Positions 47,495-56,459 of a DNA stretch of 64,000 bases are shown piece by piece (the first letter of the stretch is position 1; the number at the start of each line of letters is the position of its first letter). The notes beneath the pieces were generated by a model that made no database searches, was not told where the DNA came from, and was given only the letters and a program-made list of their open reading frames with translations. The translations under genes were made by a program, and so were the position numbers. The stretch is from the IMG/VR virus record IMGVR_UViG_3300002835_000025, one strand, 5' to 3'. The stretch is from a virus.

Positions 47495-47518
47495 AACAAA
47501 CTGATGAGGAATTTTGAA

Positions 47519-47923
47519 ATGAAACACAATGCTCTATTCAAACTGGTTGAAGAAATAGAAAAACCAACCAAAGCATCTGAAATGATGGAATACTCTAATT
47601 CTTATTACAGACAGATGAATCCTAATGAATGGAATATCCCATTTGCTGATAAGGATATTCAATATGTAAAACTTTTCGAGTTTTTGGATTGTACTGATAG
47701 AGAAAAAGACATCATGTTTATTTCCAATTTCTTCCATTCTGCCTATGTTACTTTGCATGTAACGATTCTTGCTTTAGGTGAACGACCAAGTCCTGGTTCA
47801 CTTATCGATTTAAAAAGAACATTTGATACACTACAAAGATTAGATGCAATAGAAACATTGCTGAATGGTAAGATTACAATTGAAGAATTTAACGATATTA
47901 TTAGAGGTATGACAGATGACTGA
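47519..47923 (+). CDS. Hypothetical early protein
   Basis: GAGG RBS. Confidence 0.6.
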   Translation: MKHNALFKLVEEIEKPTKASEMMEYSNSYYRQMNPNEWNIPFADKDIQYVKLFEFLDCTDREKDIMFISNFFHSAYVTLHVTILALGERPSPGSLIDLKRTFDTLQRLDAIETLLNGKITIEEFNDIIRGMTDD

Positions 47924-48107
47924 AATCACGCATGACGAATTTATAGAAAAATATGCTGATGTTAGAATGACATTCAGTAGTTATTACAAATACTGTTTTA
48001 CTTACATTGGTCAAACGGATGATGGAGTAAAAGTGTCAGCAAGATACGGTGGAGATGCTAACCAAGTAACATATATTCTTCGGATGCTGGACATAACTTC
48101 TTACTAG
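47916..48107 (+). CDS. Hypothetical, possibly frameshifted (alternative frame continues to 48190)
   Basis: F.SYYKY.FTY...YGGD. Confidence 0.5.
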   Translation: MTEITHDEFIEKYADVRMTFSSYYKYCFTYIGQTDDGVKVSARYGGDANQVTYILRMLDITSY

Positions 48108-48205
48108 GTGAAACTGCAATGTCTTTTAAATGTGGTGTATCTAAACGAATAGATACAAATGAAGAACTTTTTGATTTTTATGATTTTTAATGGAGATTTG
48201 ATACA

Positions 48206-48730
48206 ATGAACTTGAAATACTTAGCCTTAACCATATCATTATTATTGACTGCTTGTGGTGAATCTGAACAAGAACGCCAACAGAAGATTATTAATCAGCA
48301 ACAGCAACAACTCCGTGAACAGCAACAGATGTTCCAACAGATTCCTCAGGCACAAGTTCAACCTCAGGTAATCCAACAACCTACTGCTCCTGTAGTTGTC
48401 CAATCTGCTCCTCAGCATGACAATACACTAATGAATATGGCTACAGGAGCTTTGATTGGTCATGCTTTAACCAGTGGTTTGAGTGGTAACACTAACCACA
48501 GCAATAATGATACTCATATTATTGAACGTAAAACGGTAATCATAAACAATCCTGCTCCTGTACAGTCTACTGCGGCACCAGTTCAACCTGTAGTTACTCC
48601 TGTACAACCTAAACCATCATCTATGGATATGAATAAATTATCAGGAGCTTCTAGTTTTTCAACAAGACCACCAACCACAATTAGACCAAGTTCGAGTATG
48701 AATATGTCTAAACTATCATCTAAGAGGTAA
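48206..48730 (+). CDS. Gln/Pro-rich lipoprotein
   Basis: LLLTA-C lipobox; GALIG glycine zipper. Confidence 0.7.
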   Translation: MNLKYLALTISLLLTACGESEQERQQKIINQQQQQLREQQQMFQQIPQAQVQPQVIQQPTAPVVVQSAPQHDNTLMNMATGALIGHALTSGLSGNTNHSNNDTHIIERKTVIINNPAPVQSTAAPVQPVVTPVQPKPSSMDMNKLSGASSFSTRPPTTIRPSSSMNMSKLSSKR

Positions 48731-48801
48731 TATGTTAGAATTTTTTCCTGTAGTAATAATCGCTGTCGCCTTCTACCTTATCCCGTGCTGGATCAAAACT
48801 T

Positions 48802-49011
48802 TTGGAGAATCTTGTGCATAGTTACCTATTATACTTCTTTTTATGGAATACTTCTGCTGGAATTGGTCAATCAATAGAACCACAAGTCTTTGCTACAAGA
48901 GAATCTTGTGAGTATGCCGCACATTTGATTGTTCCCGATTTGAAATCTAAAATGCCAGGGTTTTCAATCCAATCCTATTGTGTTCCTCAAGATATAAAGG
49001 AATCCAAATGA
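48802..49011 (+). CDS. Hypothetical protein
   Basis: F.TRE.C...YCVP. Confidence 0.5.
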   Translation: MENLVHSYLLYFFLWNTSAGIGQSIEPQVFATRESCEYAAHLIVPDLKSKMPGFSIQSYCVPQDIKESK

Positions 49012-49187
49012 ATATATTTGCAGCCTTAACAGTACTGTTTGTTGGACTTAAATTAACCCATTATATCGATTGGTCATGGTGGTTGATATGCTTACCAATA
49101 CTTGCACCTATCGGGTTATCCATACTAATATTAGTCATTGTCGTAATAGCTGATAGAGTTATGACAATAATGCACAACAGGAAATAA
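49008..49187 (+). CDS. Small membrane protein
   Basis: LKLT..IDWSWW...P. Confidence 0.65.
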   Translation: MNIFAALTVLFVGLKLTHYIDWSWWLICLPILAPIGLSILILVIVVIADRVMTIMHNRK

Positions 49188-49188
49188 C

Positions 49189-49407
49189 ATGAGATCAATG
49201 AGACCAGAAGATTTATCATTCCTAGATTATATGTCTGTAGTAATGATAACTATTGTTACAATTTACACTATTGGATATTTCCTAGCAAGTATCTTATTGA
49301 CGCTTGAAAAGAGATTTCCAGGAACCATTCTTAGAGGACTCTTAATCATCATTGGTATAATATCATTGAATGGTGCTTGGGTAATCTTTGAACATTATAA
49401 TGGATAA
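49189..49407 (+). CDS. Small membrane protein
   Basis: Two TM segments. Confidence 0.5.
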   Translation: MRSMRPEDLSFLDYMSVVMITIVTIYTIGYFLASILLTLEKRFPGTILRGLLIIIGIISLNGAWVIFEHYNG

Positions 49408-49555
49408 CACTTATGAATATTGCTAATTGGTTTGTGGTTATCCTGCTACTATTCTTTCTTACATTATTGGTAGCACCTCTAGTGGCTTTTAGAATATCGA
49501 TTGTAGCAGCAATCGTTTTACCACTTTATATGATTTGGAATTTAGGAAAACCAAG

Positions 49556-49801
49556 ATGAATAACAGAATTAGAATATACTGCAATGGCAGCGATATTGTA
49601 TTAGCAATAGATAAAATAACATCAATGATGATGACAAAAGAAACTGCCGACGGTGGAATCGAATACTATAAACTTGTGATTAGAGTTGGATATACTGAGA
49701 CCTTTACTTTTCGTAGTGATAAAAGATACAAGAATAGCGATAACTACTTAACTGAACCAGTACTATGGTCTATCCATAATCAATTTGCTAATGGAGAATA
49801 A
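49556..49801 (+). CDS. Hypothetical protein
   Basis: AGGA RBS. Confidence 0.5.
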   Translation: MNNRIRIYCNGSDIVLAIDKITSMMMTKETADGGIEYYKLVIRVGYTETFTFRSDKRYKNSDNYLTEPVLWSIHNQFANGE

Positions 49802-49802
49802 G

Positions 49803-50000
49803 ATGACTGAAATTAGATTACACAGAAGTGAACTTGAAAAGATCGTGAAATTACTTGACCGTTTTAGTGACGTGAATAATTTTTCCTTGCTATACCATAC
49901 TAACGGCATTGGCAATACCGTGGATATTCAATTCAATTATAAACTGGTTGACCTAGATGCAACTGTTACTTTGCCTGTTACTGGTGTGGAGTCTTGGTAG
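49803..50000 (+). CDS. Hypothetical protein
   Basis: GGAG RBS; GIG...ESW end. Confidence 0.55.
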   Translation: MTEIRLHRSELEKIVKLLDRFSDVNNFSLLYHTNGIGNTVDIQFNYKLVDLDATVTLPVTGVESW

Positions 50001-50212
50001 TGGATAGGTTTCTTGACTGTTGGTATTATTGGCTAATGGGTATTATATTTGGATTCAGTGTTGGATGGGATCCAGAGTTTAGAAATATACAAGTACATAG
50101 AGAAGATGTGAAACGAGTGTGGGCTAAAGATTTCTGCGGTAATGATGACTGTAAACGAATCGTTGGAAATACTTTAGAAACTTCTTATTATCAAAACCAT
50201 AAACCGGAATGA
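49994..50212 (+). CDS. Hypothetical protein
   Basis: Operon ORF. Confidence 0.4.
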   Translation: MVVDRFLDCWYYWLMGIIFGFSVGWDPEFRNIQVHREDVKRVWAKDFCGNDDCKRIVGNTLETSYYQNHKPE

Positions 50213-50213
50213 T

Positions 50214-50726
50214 ATGGCAACTTGGATAACTTCAGACCAACACTTCAATCATAAGAATGTTCTAAAGTTCTTGAATGAAGATGGCACCAAAATGAGACCT
50301 TGGTATGATATCGATGAGATGAACCAAGAACTTGTTAGGCGATTCAACGAGAAAGTAAAATTTGGTGATAAATGCTTCATACTTGGTGATGTTGCACTGA
50401 ATAGATCAGGATTGAAGATGCTTGATCAGATACATTGTTCGAACTTGATTCTAATCAAGGGCAACCACGATTTCTTTAGAGTAGATGAGTATATGGAATA
50501 TTTTAAAGATATCCGTTCTTATCATGCAGTGGAAAATGTATTGTTAAGTCATATACCAGTACATCCATCTCAGTTAGAACATAGATACAAGATGAATGTA
50601 CACGGACATCTTCATAGTAAAATTATTGATGATGCCCGGTACTTGAATGTTTCAGTCGAACAAACAGATTATTATCCTATACTACTGGACGACATTTTAC
50701 AGTTCGGCCGCACTTTCTTTAGTTGA
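50214..50726 (+). CDS. Calcineurin-like phosphoesterase
   Basis: TSDQHF.H, LGD, GNHD, SH.P, HGH.H, NVSVE. Confidence 0.9.
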   Translation: MATWITSDQHFNHKNVLKFLNEDGTKMRPWYDIDEMNQELVRRFNEKVKFGDKCFILGDVALNRSGLKMLDQIHCSNLILIKGNHDFFRVDEYMEYFKDIRSYHAVENVLLSHIPVHPSQLEHRYKMNVHGHLHSKIIDDARYLNVSVEQTDYYPILLDDILQFGRTFFS

Positions 50727-50969
50727 TGCTAATTTTTCCTGGGTGCGGCCGTGGGCAGAAATGCCTAAGATTGCACCCATGGCCAAGTGGTATAATCCGC
50801 CACCCTGCAGAGTAATTGCCTGCCACATTTCTACATGTTGACCTGGATTGTAATATTGTAGGAAATTATAGATGACTGGACCAATACAGAAATCAAACAT
50901 ACAAATCCAAACATAACTCCACGCCAAAGCAGTTCTCCAACCACCTTCTAGTATTTTACTTTTTCCCAT
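50697..50969 (-). CDS. 3-TM holin-like protein
   Basis: WR...W.Y..IC.FDF, TLQGGGL.H.AMGA.LG..A.GRTQEK. Confidence 0.7.
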   Translation of the reverse strand: MGKSKILEGGWRTALAWSYVWICMFDFCIGPVIYNFLQYYNPGQHVEMWQAITLQGGGLYHLAMGAILGISAHGRTQEKLASTKESAAEL

Positions 50970-51282
50970 TTAACTTCTCCAATTCAGATACTCTCCAGCT
51001 CAATAAATTAATCTGACCATTATTTTGTGTATGTCTTATCAGACTTTCATTCTGTTCATTAACAAAATCCAATCTTAACTTTTCTCTTGTTAATTCCGCG
51101 GATTGGTTTGGTCTTGGTGTATTTTCTGGAGATACTACTATAGAAATCTTATTATCCAATTCAGTCAATTTAGTTTTGGTAGTATTCAAATCTGAAACCA
51201 AATAGACGACACAACTGAACAGAATAGGAACTGCGGCAAATACAATCTTTTCGATGAATTCACCCTTTGTCGTTTCGCTCAT
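50956..51282 (-). CDS. Membrane-anchored coiled-coil protein
   Basis: N-terminal TM. Confidence 0.6.
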   Translation of the reverse strand: MSETTKGEFIEKIVFAAVPILFSCVVYLVSDLNTTKTKLTELDNKISIVVSPENTPRPNQSAELTREKLRLDFVNEQNESLIRHTQNNGQINLLSWRVSELEKLNGKK

Positions 51283-51547
51283 CTTCTTTTTCCTTATACA
51301 TGAATGGTTCGACGCCTTTAAGATGAAGAACCACGTTTACTTTTTGATTTAGTCTTAGCATATCATTATCCAATAATCGTATTCTATCAATCAGTGCTAT
51401 AAGAACGGTGTTGACTTCTGAGATTACTGGTTTTACTTTTGTGGTTGTCCATACCCATACATAATAAAGAATATATGCAATGCCCATTGTTTCAATAATT
51501 GGAAATCCATATGCATTGATTATCTTTGCTATAGTATTAAGATCCAT
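51260..51547 (-). CDS. Holin-like membrane protein, paralog of next
   Basis: I...GFPI, LIDRIR.LDND..R. Confidence 0.6.
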   Translation of the reverse strand: MDLNTIAKIINAYGFPIIETMGIAYILYYVWVWTTTKVKPVISEVNTVLIALIDRIRLLDNDMLRLNQKVNVVLHLKGVEPFMYKEKEDERNDKG

Positions 51548-51838
51548 CTAATCTCCTCTATGGTCTGATTGTTCAGAACGTGCTATTCTACTAGTATCAG
51601 GTTTTAATCCCAGTGCAGTAGATACCAATACATCAATTCTTATTAAGTCATTAGACATTATATCGATTCTATGGTCTAATAGGATGATAATACTTGAAAG
51701 ACTTTTGATTGAACTTAATGTACCATCAAGTATAAATTTAAGAGTTAAGAAAATGAAGTATCCTGCTGCAATAGCAGATACTATGGGGAATCCAACTTTG
51801 CTTATCAAATCGAACCAACCAGTGATATTGCTTTCCAT
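51548..51838 (-). CDS. Holin-like membrane protein
   Basis: LISKVGFPI, LD.RI..M.ND..RID. Confidence 0.6.
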   Translation of the reverse strand: MESNITGWFDLISKVGFPIVSAIAAGYFIFLTLKFILDGTLSSIKSLSSIIILLDHRIDIMSNDLIRIDVLVSTALGLKPDTSRIARSEQSDHRGD

Positions 51839-51863
51839 GCGTGTCTCCTGTTAAATTCATTAT

Positions 51864-51871
51864 TATTTATA
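51864..51871 (-). promoter_or_regulatory. Late promoter for reverse-strand membrane cluster
   Basis: TATAAATA on minus strand, AGGAG RBS. Confidence 0.8.
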
Positions 51872-51947
51872 AAATCGCATTCTTTTGTGTACTTTTATGC
51901 CAATAATGATATAATAGACTCATATTAACTTGATAAGGAACTACAAA

Positions 51948-52163
51948 ATGAAATCAATAAATTTAAACAGACTAGACAAATCCCTTCCAGCTAATATGAA
52001 ATCTTTTGAAGTGGAATATGAAAAATTCGATTACTTCTTCAAAAAAGACACTGTTCACGGATTCGACTACATTGTAGCGTTTGATGAAGAAGATGCAAAA
52101 GCAAGAGCCATTTTCAAACACGGTGATGGTTTGGATATTTTATCAATTTCGGAGGATGTATAA
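51948..52163 (+). CDS. Hypothetical early protein
   Basis: Promoter at about 51887-51915. Confidence 0.6.
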   Translation: MKSINLNRLDKSLPANMKSFEVEYEKFDYFFKKDTVHGFDYIVAFDEEDAKARAIFKHGDGLDILSISEDV

Positions 52164-52164
52164 A

Positions 52165-52392
52165 ATGAAAAATACTATAAGTGACTTAGAATTAATAACC
52201 GAAGTCTATAATTACTTTGAAGACGATGAGTTACCTTTCAGTTACACGATAGCAGGCATGTTAGGTACCAGAATTGATTTGAGCAGTGACTGGTCAAATC
52301 TTAAAGATGCTTACATTAATGGAGAATTCACCCCAGCCAATATTAGATTTATGATTAGTTATATGGAGCATTCAAATGTTAGCAACTTATGA
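52165..52392 (+). CDS. Hypothetical protein
   Basis: GGAGG RBS. Confidence 0.6.
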   Translation: MKNTISDLELITEVYNYFEDDELPFSYTIAGMLGTRIDLSSDWSNLKDAYINGEFTPANIRFMISYMEHSNVSNL

Positions 52393-52765
52393 TCAGTACA
52401 TGAAGATACACAAACAGACAAGAACACACAAATTCTTTACTGTTGGTTCTATACTAGGAAATCTCGAAGAGGTTAAGATTAATGGATTGATAGATGAGTT
52501 ACTAGAATTCAAAAATAAGCATGAAGATAAGGATCTAGTAATAAGATTGTGGTCGGATGATGATTCATACAATATTTCTACTGGAGAAATTGCTAATGAC
52601 ATTGGGTACTATGATTTGGAACCAATTGATGAATACAATACTAGATGTAGAAATCTATATGATAATTATGTCAGATTTTATAATAGTGACTCAATGAGAG
52701 ATAAAAGAAATAAAGAAATTCAAGAACTTGAAGAAAAACTAGCAAAACTTAAACTCGAAATTTAA
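52376..52765 (+). CDS. Hypothetical protein
   Basis: GGAG RBS. Confidence 0.55.
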   Translation: MLATYDQYMKIHKQTRTHKFFTVGSILGNLEEVKINGLIDELLEFKNKHEDKDLVIRLWSDDDSYNISTGEIANDIGYYDLEPIDEYNTRCRNLYDNYVRFYNSDSMRDKRNKEIQELEEKLAKLKLEI

Positions 52766-52785
52766 TTTACCAACAAGGAAATACA

Positions 52786-53064
52786 ATGACTACTCAATTT
52801 ATTAAACACCACGGTTCAGTTCAACCAATCTCTGATGATTCACTAGTATCATATCGTACAATATCTGATGAAGGAATCATTAGTCATGTGCATTTACCAG
52901 TTAAAGCAAGCGATCTTAACTGGTCATCTGAAGGATTATCTTTCGGAAGAATTTATGACTTTAAAATTGTTAGCGTAATTAAGACAAAAACCAGTCATGA
53001 TTCTAGTATAAGTGAAATAGATAAACATGTTGAATTTTTACCAGTTATAGGATTTTGCTATTGA
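52786..53064 (+). CDS. Hypothetical protein
   Basis: H.G..QP...L.W. Confidence 0.55.
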   Translation: MTTQFIKHHGSVQPISDDSLVSYRTISDEGIISHVHLPVKASDLNWSSEGLSFGRIYDFKIVSVIKTKTSHDSSISEIDKHVEFLPVIGFCY

Positions 53065-53194
53065 ATACAATCGAAGTTCAGAATATATACGAAGAAATGC
53101 TGTTAATGTTTGGAAAATTACCAGACCATATTCATCATCCAATACAATTTGCACACTTTGTAAAGTTGTATAGATATTATAAAGAAAAGGAGGT

Positions 53195-53350
53195 ATGATG
53201 GCAATAGGACAATGGGAAGGCGGTAAAGGTTCTGCCGACCGTGTTGATATGAAGAAATACAGGGACAATTGGGATGCAATTGATTGGAATAAAGGAAAAG
53301 AACCTGCAAAAGAAAACGAACCTGTAGTTCACGATACTCAAGAGGACTAA
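53195..53350 (+). CDS. Small conserved phage protein
   Basis: AGGAGG RBS; GGKGS..R..D..KY.DNWDAI. Confidence 0.65.
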   Translation: MMAIGQWEGGKGSADRVDMKKYRDNWDAIDWNKGKEPAKENEPVVHDTQED

Positions 53351-53353
53351 GTC

Positions 53354-53542
53354 ATGTACAGATTCACCCCTATTAAATGTGATGATAATAAACAATATGC
53401 TATGTTAGATGGTTTTGGAGAGCTTCCTAATCATGTAGGTCCTTTCAGGAGGAACGGTATAGTTTACTATTACAATATTGAAAGGGGTGAGTATTACGAT
53501 CCAAAAAAAGAACAATACCTAATTAAGGAATTTTTATTATGA
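53354..53542 (+). CDS. Hypothetical protein
   Basis: GPF...G.V.YY...G.YYDP. Confidence 0.6.
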   Translation: MYRFTPIKCDDNKQYAMLDGFGELPNHVGPFRRNGIVYYYNIERGEYYDPKKEQYLIKEFLL

Positions 53543-53961
53543 GCAGAATCGATTTAAACAAAAACTACAAAACTCAATCTGGATTATCTGTCATTCTTTA
53601 TAGTATTAATAATCAAAAAGATTATATCCATGGAGTAGTAAGAGAACTAGATGGCACTGATAAACTATTAAAATGGGATAGCAAAGGAATTTCTTTTAGT
53701 TCTGATATGAATCTTGTTGAATATAACGACTTTAAATTTTCAATGAATTTAAAGAAAATAGATTACTTTGGAATCCAATTATACGTGAATCCTAATAAAG
53801 CATGGATTGCCACAGATAAAGACGGATCGGTTTACGCTTATGACGGTTCTATGGTTCCTGTTATTGCGATTAGCGACTGGGATGGTGGAGATGGACATGC
53901 AGCATTTTACGAATTGGAATATACTGGAGATTGGAAGACATCATTGATGGAGATTGTTTAA
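53539..53961 (+). CDS. Hypothetical protein
   Basis: WIATDKDG.VYAY...DWK.SL. Confidence 0.65.
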   Translation: MSRIDLNKNYKTQSGLSVILYSINNQKDYIHGVVRELDGTDKLLKWDSKGISFSSDMNLVEYNDFKFSMNLKKIDYFGIQLYVNPNKAWIATDKDGSVYAYDGSMVPVIAISDWDGGDGHAAFYELEYTGDWKTSLMEIV

Positions 53962-54206
53962 TGCCAACATACGATTTCAAAAATAAAGAAACTGGTGAAG
54001 TTACGGAACGGATAATTAAAATGTCTGAGTTGGATGACTTTAAGACATCCAATCCTCATTTAGAAATCCAATTATCAACTCCGGCATTATGTAATTCAGT
54101 AAGAATGTCGAATGGACTAACAAAGGGAGGTGCATTTAAGGAAGTATTACAAAAGATACATTCAAGAACATCCGGTAGTATACTCAATCAGACTACTGGC
54201 ATTTAA
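53961..54206 (+). CDS. FmdB-like small regulatory protein
   Basis: MPTYDF....TGE...F.EVL.KI; upstream of phoH. Confidence 0.7.
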   Translation: MPTYDFKNKETGEVTERIIKMSELDDFKTSNPHLEIQLSTPALCNSVRMSNGLTKGGAFKEVLQKIHSRTSGSILNQTTGI

Positions 54207-54221
54207 CTAAAAAGGAATTTT

Positions 54222-54980
54222 ATGGCTCGCAGACCCAGAATTATTGAAAAGCATTTTGATGACGTACAAGAAACAGTTAAACAGAATACCACCCCTGCTT
54301 CAAATAGAATCAAAATGCGGATTGAAGATCTAAAAACATTTTCGCCATTAACAGACAATCAGCGGGCATTCTTTGACGCCTATAAGATGGGCGATTATTT
54401 TATGATGCTATCTGGTAGTGCAGGAACAGGAAAGAGTTTTATTTCAATCTATAAAGCTCTAGAAGAAGTCATGGATAAGGGTACACCTTACTATAGGTTA
54501 ATCATTATCCGATCAGCAGTACAAACCCGAGATGTTGGATTCTTAAAGGGTACTCTTGAAGAAAAGAATTCAATCTATGAAGAACCTTACGTTCAAATCT
54601 GTGCAGATTTATTCGGCAAGAAAGATGCATACCAAAGATTATCTGAACAAGGTTTTGTTGAATTTACAACAACCACAGCATTACGCGGAATGACTTTCGA
54701 TAATGCTATAGTAATTGCCGATGAGTGTCAAAACTTTAGTTTTCAAGAACTTGATACTGTTACTACTCGGATTGGTCATCAATCAAAACTTATCTTTGTT
54801 GGTGATACTGCCCAGAATGATTTATTGAAAAAGTCTACTGATGTGACAGGTTTACCCGAATTTATTAGAATAGCAAGTTCAATGGATGAATTCACTAGGA
54901 TAAACTTTACTAGTGATGATATTGTCAGATCTAGTTTGGTTAAGAATTACATTATAGCTAAAGAAAAACTGTCAGCATAG
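54222..54980 (+). CDS. phoH: PhoH-like ATPase
   Basis: GSAGTGKS, GFL.G, LRGMTFD, DE.QN, GD..Q, DIVRS. Confidence 0.95.
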   Translation: MARRPRIIEKHFDDVQETVKQNTTPASNRIKMRIEDLKTFSPLTDNQRAFFDAYKMGDYFMMLSGSAGTGKSFISIYKALEEVMDKGTPYYRLIIIRSAVQTRDVGFLKGTLEEKNSIYEEPYVQICADLFGKKDAYQRLSEQGFVEFTTTTALRGMTFDNAIVIADECQNFSFQELDTVTTRIGHQSKLIFVGDTAQNDLLKKSTDVTGLPEFIRIASSMDEFTRINFTSDDIVRSSLVKNYIIAKEKLSA

Positions 54981-54985
54981 TACTT

Positions 54986-55018
54986 AAAATGCCCATCATA
55001 ATAACTGATGGGCATTTT
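54986..55018 (+). terminator. Intrinsic terminator
   Basis: AAAATGCCCATCA/TGATGGGCATTTT. Confidence 0.8.
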
Positions 55019-55095
55019 AGTATCCGGAGAATAAATAGTTGTACATTTTTAAAATCCGTGATATAATAGAACTATACTAATAAGGGAGAGATTGA

Positions 55096-55467
55096 ATGAA
55101 ATCGTTTAAAGACCATATTACTGAATCCTTAGAAACGGAATGGACTAAGAATTTGTCTGATAAGGATATGAAAGATTATTTGGAAAAGGTTCATGCTAAG
55201 GCATTATGGAAATCAATAACAAATCACGAAGCGTATTCTGATTATCATTCAACAATACCTGCCGGAAATAAAACTGCATTCCAATATAAAGTAGATGACG
55301 AGGGTCACCATCATGTTAGACTTGCAAGTACAGGTAAATCAAAAGAGCATTTACATTTTATGGCCAACAAAAGAGGAAAAATCTTTACAGTGAATCATAA
55401 CAAAGTGGAGACAGATTCTGAAGGAAATAAAATTAGATCTTTAATAAAAAGGTATGAAAAAGATTAA
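55096..55467 (+). CDS. Putative internal protein
   Basis: MKSFKDHITE CTS; early and late-like promoters upstream. Confidence 0.6.
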   Translation: MKSFKDHITESLETEWTKNLSDKDMKDYLEKVHAKALWKSITNHEAYSDYHSTIPAGNKTAFQYKVDDEGHHHVRLASTGKSKEHLHFMANKRGKIFTVNHNKVETDSEGNKIRSLIKRYEKD

Positions 55468-55473
55468 ATAATA

Positions 55474-55516
55474 GTGTACTTTAATATGGTTCTTGATATA
55501 ATAGAACCATATTAAA
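55474..55516 (+). promoter_or_regulatory. Palindromic early promoter
   Basis: 14-bp arms around TGATATAAT. Confidence 0.88.
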
Positions 55517-55546
55517 TTTTTAACAACTTTGAATAGGTACTACATC

Positions 55547-55954
55547 ATGGTTAAATTCGAATCTAAAGAAGAATTTTTCTTCATCCCGTCTAAAAAATTT
55601 TTAGCAATTGCAACTCATGAGGAGTTATCATTAGCTGAAGTTTATCCAATAGTTAATTCCGTACGCATAAACAAAGTATACCGTAAAAAAGCGGATGCTA
55701 AACGCTTTACTGATGCAGGATTCAAACTCGAATACGTTACCAAAACTCAATTTGTAATCGATGACCAATCTATTGGTACTATTGGTTCGCATACTATAGG
55801 TCCTATGGTTTTCATTGATAAAATAGATGACAAGTATGATGATTCGATGGGAGCTTTTCAGGTTGCTTATGGTCGTGATGCTGAAGGTAACGAGATGTCA
55901 GAATCCAATATGTATGAACCACAATCGGTATTTGTATTAGGAGAAGTTAAATGA
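55547..55954 (+). CDS. Hypothetical early protein
   Basis: Downstream of promoter. Confidence 0.6.
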   Translation: MVKFESKEEFFFIPSKKFLAIATHEELSLAEVYPIVNSVRINKVYRKKADAKRFTDAGFKLEYVTKTQFVIDDQSIGTIGSHTIGPMVFIDKIDDKYDDSMGAFQVAYGRDAEGNEMSESNMYEPQSVFVLGEVK

Positions 55955-56157
55955 TCAAGTTCTTTGTAGTAGAAGCATTACGCTGGGGTGATAGAGAATC
56001 ACATAGTTATGTAATTGGTATCTTTTCATCATTTGGTGAAGCTACTAAAGCAGGTAAGGCAGAGGTATCATGGAGAGGTGGTAAATATGAATACCATATT
56101 ACTGAACATGAACTTGATTTTATCCGTCAAGAAAAACTGAACAATTGCTTTGGATAA
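55951..56157 (+). CDS. Hypothetical, paralog of 32112
   Basis: RWGDRESHSYVIG.F. Confidence 0.7.
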   Translation: MIKFFVVEALRWGDRESHSYVIGIFSSFGEATKAGKAEVSWRGGKYEYHITEHELDFIRQEKLNNCFG

Positions 56158-56198
56158 TATTATGAGTGGACATAAACACTACCTTATAGGAGTTCCTG

Positions 56199-56459
56199 AT
56201 GACAATTGAAAGATTAGCAATCACTTCTAATCCTGTCAATAAGACTGATGCTATTAAAGCATTAGAACAATTGAGTTCTGTGTGGAGATTGCCTACTAAA
56301 GATGAGCTATTCCTGCTTACTCATTCAATAGGATCATATTGGGTTTCTGACACCAAGCACCCTGGTGATGCATATTCTATATCTATTATGTGGGGTGGTC
56401 CTATTATGTACGGGTCATTAATAGGTCAAGTACTTTTATTAAGAGATACTAATGAATAG
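56199..56459 (+). CDS. Hypothetical (WRLPT..EL motif)
   Basis: DUF1566-like motif. Confidence 0.55.
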   Translation: MTIERLAITSNPVNKTDAIKALEQLSSVWRLPTKDELFLLTHSIGSYWVSDTKHPGDAYSISIMWGGPIMYGSLIGQVLLLRDTNE

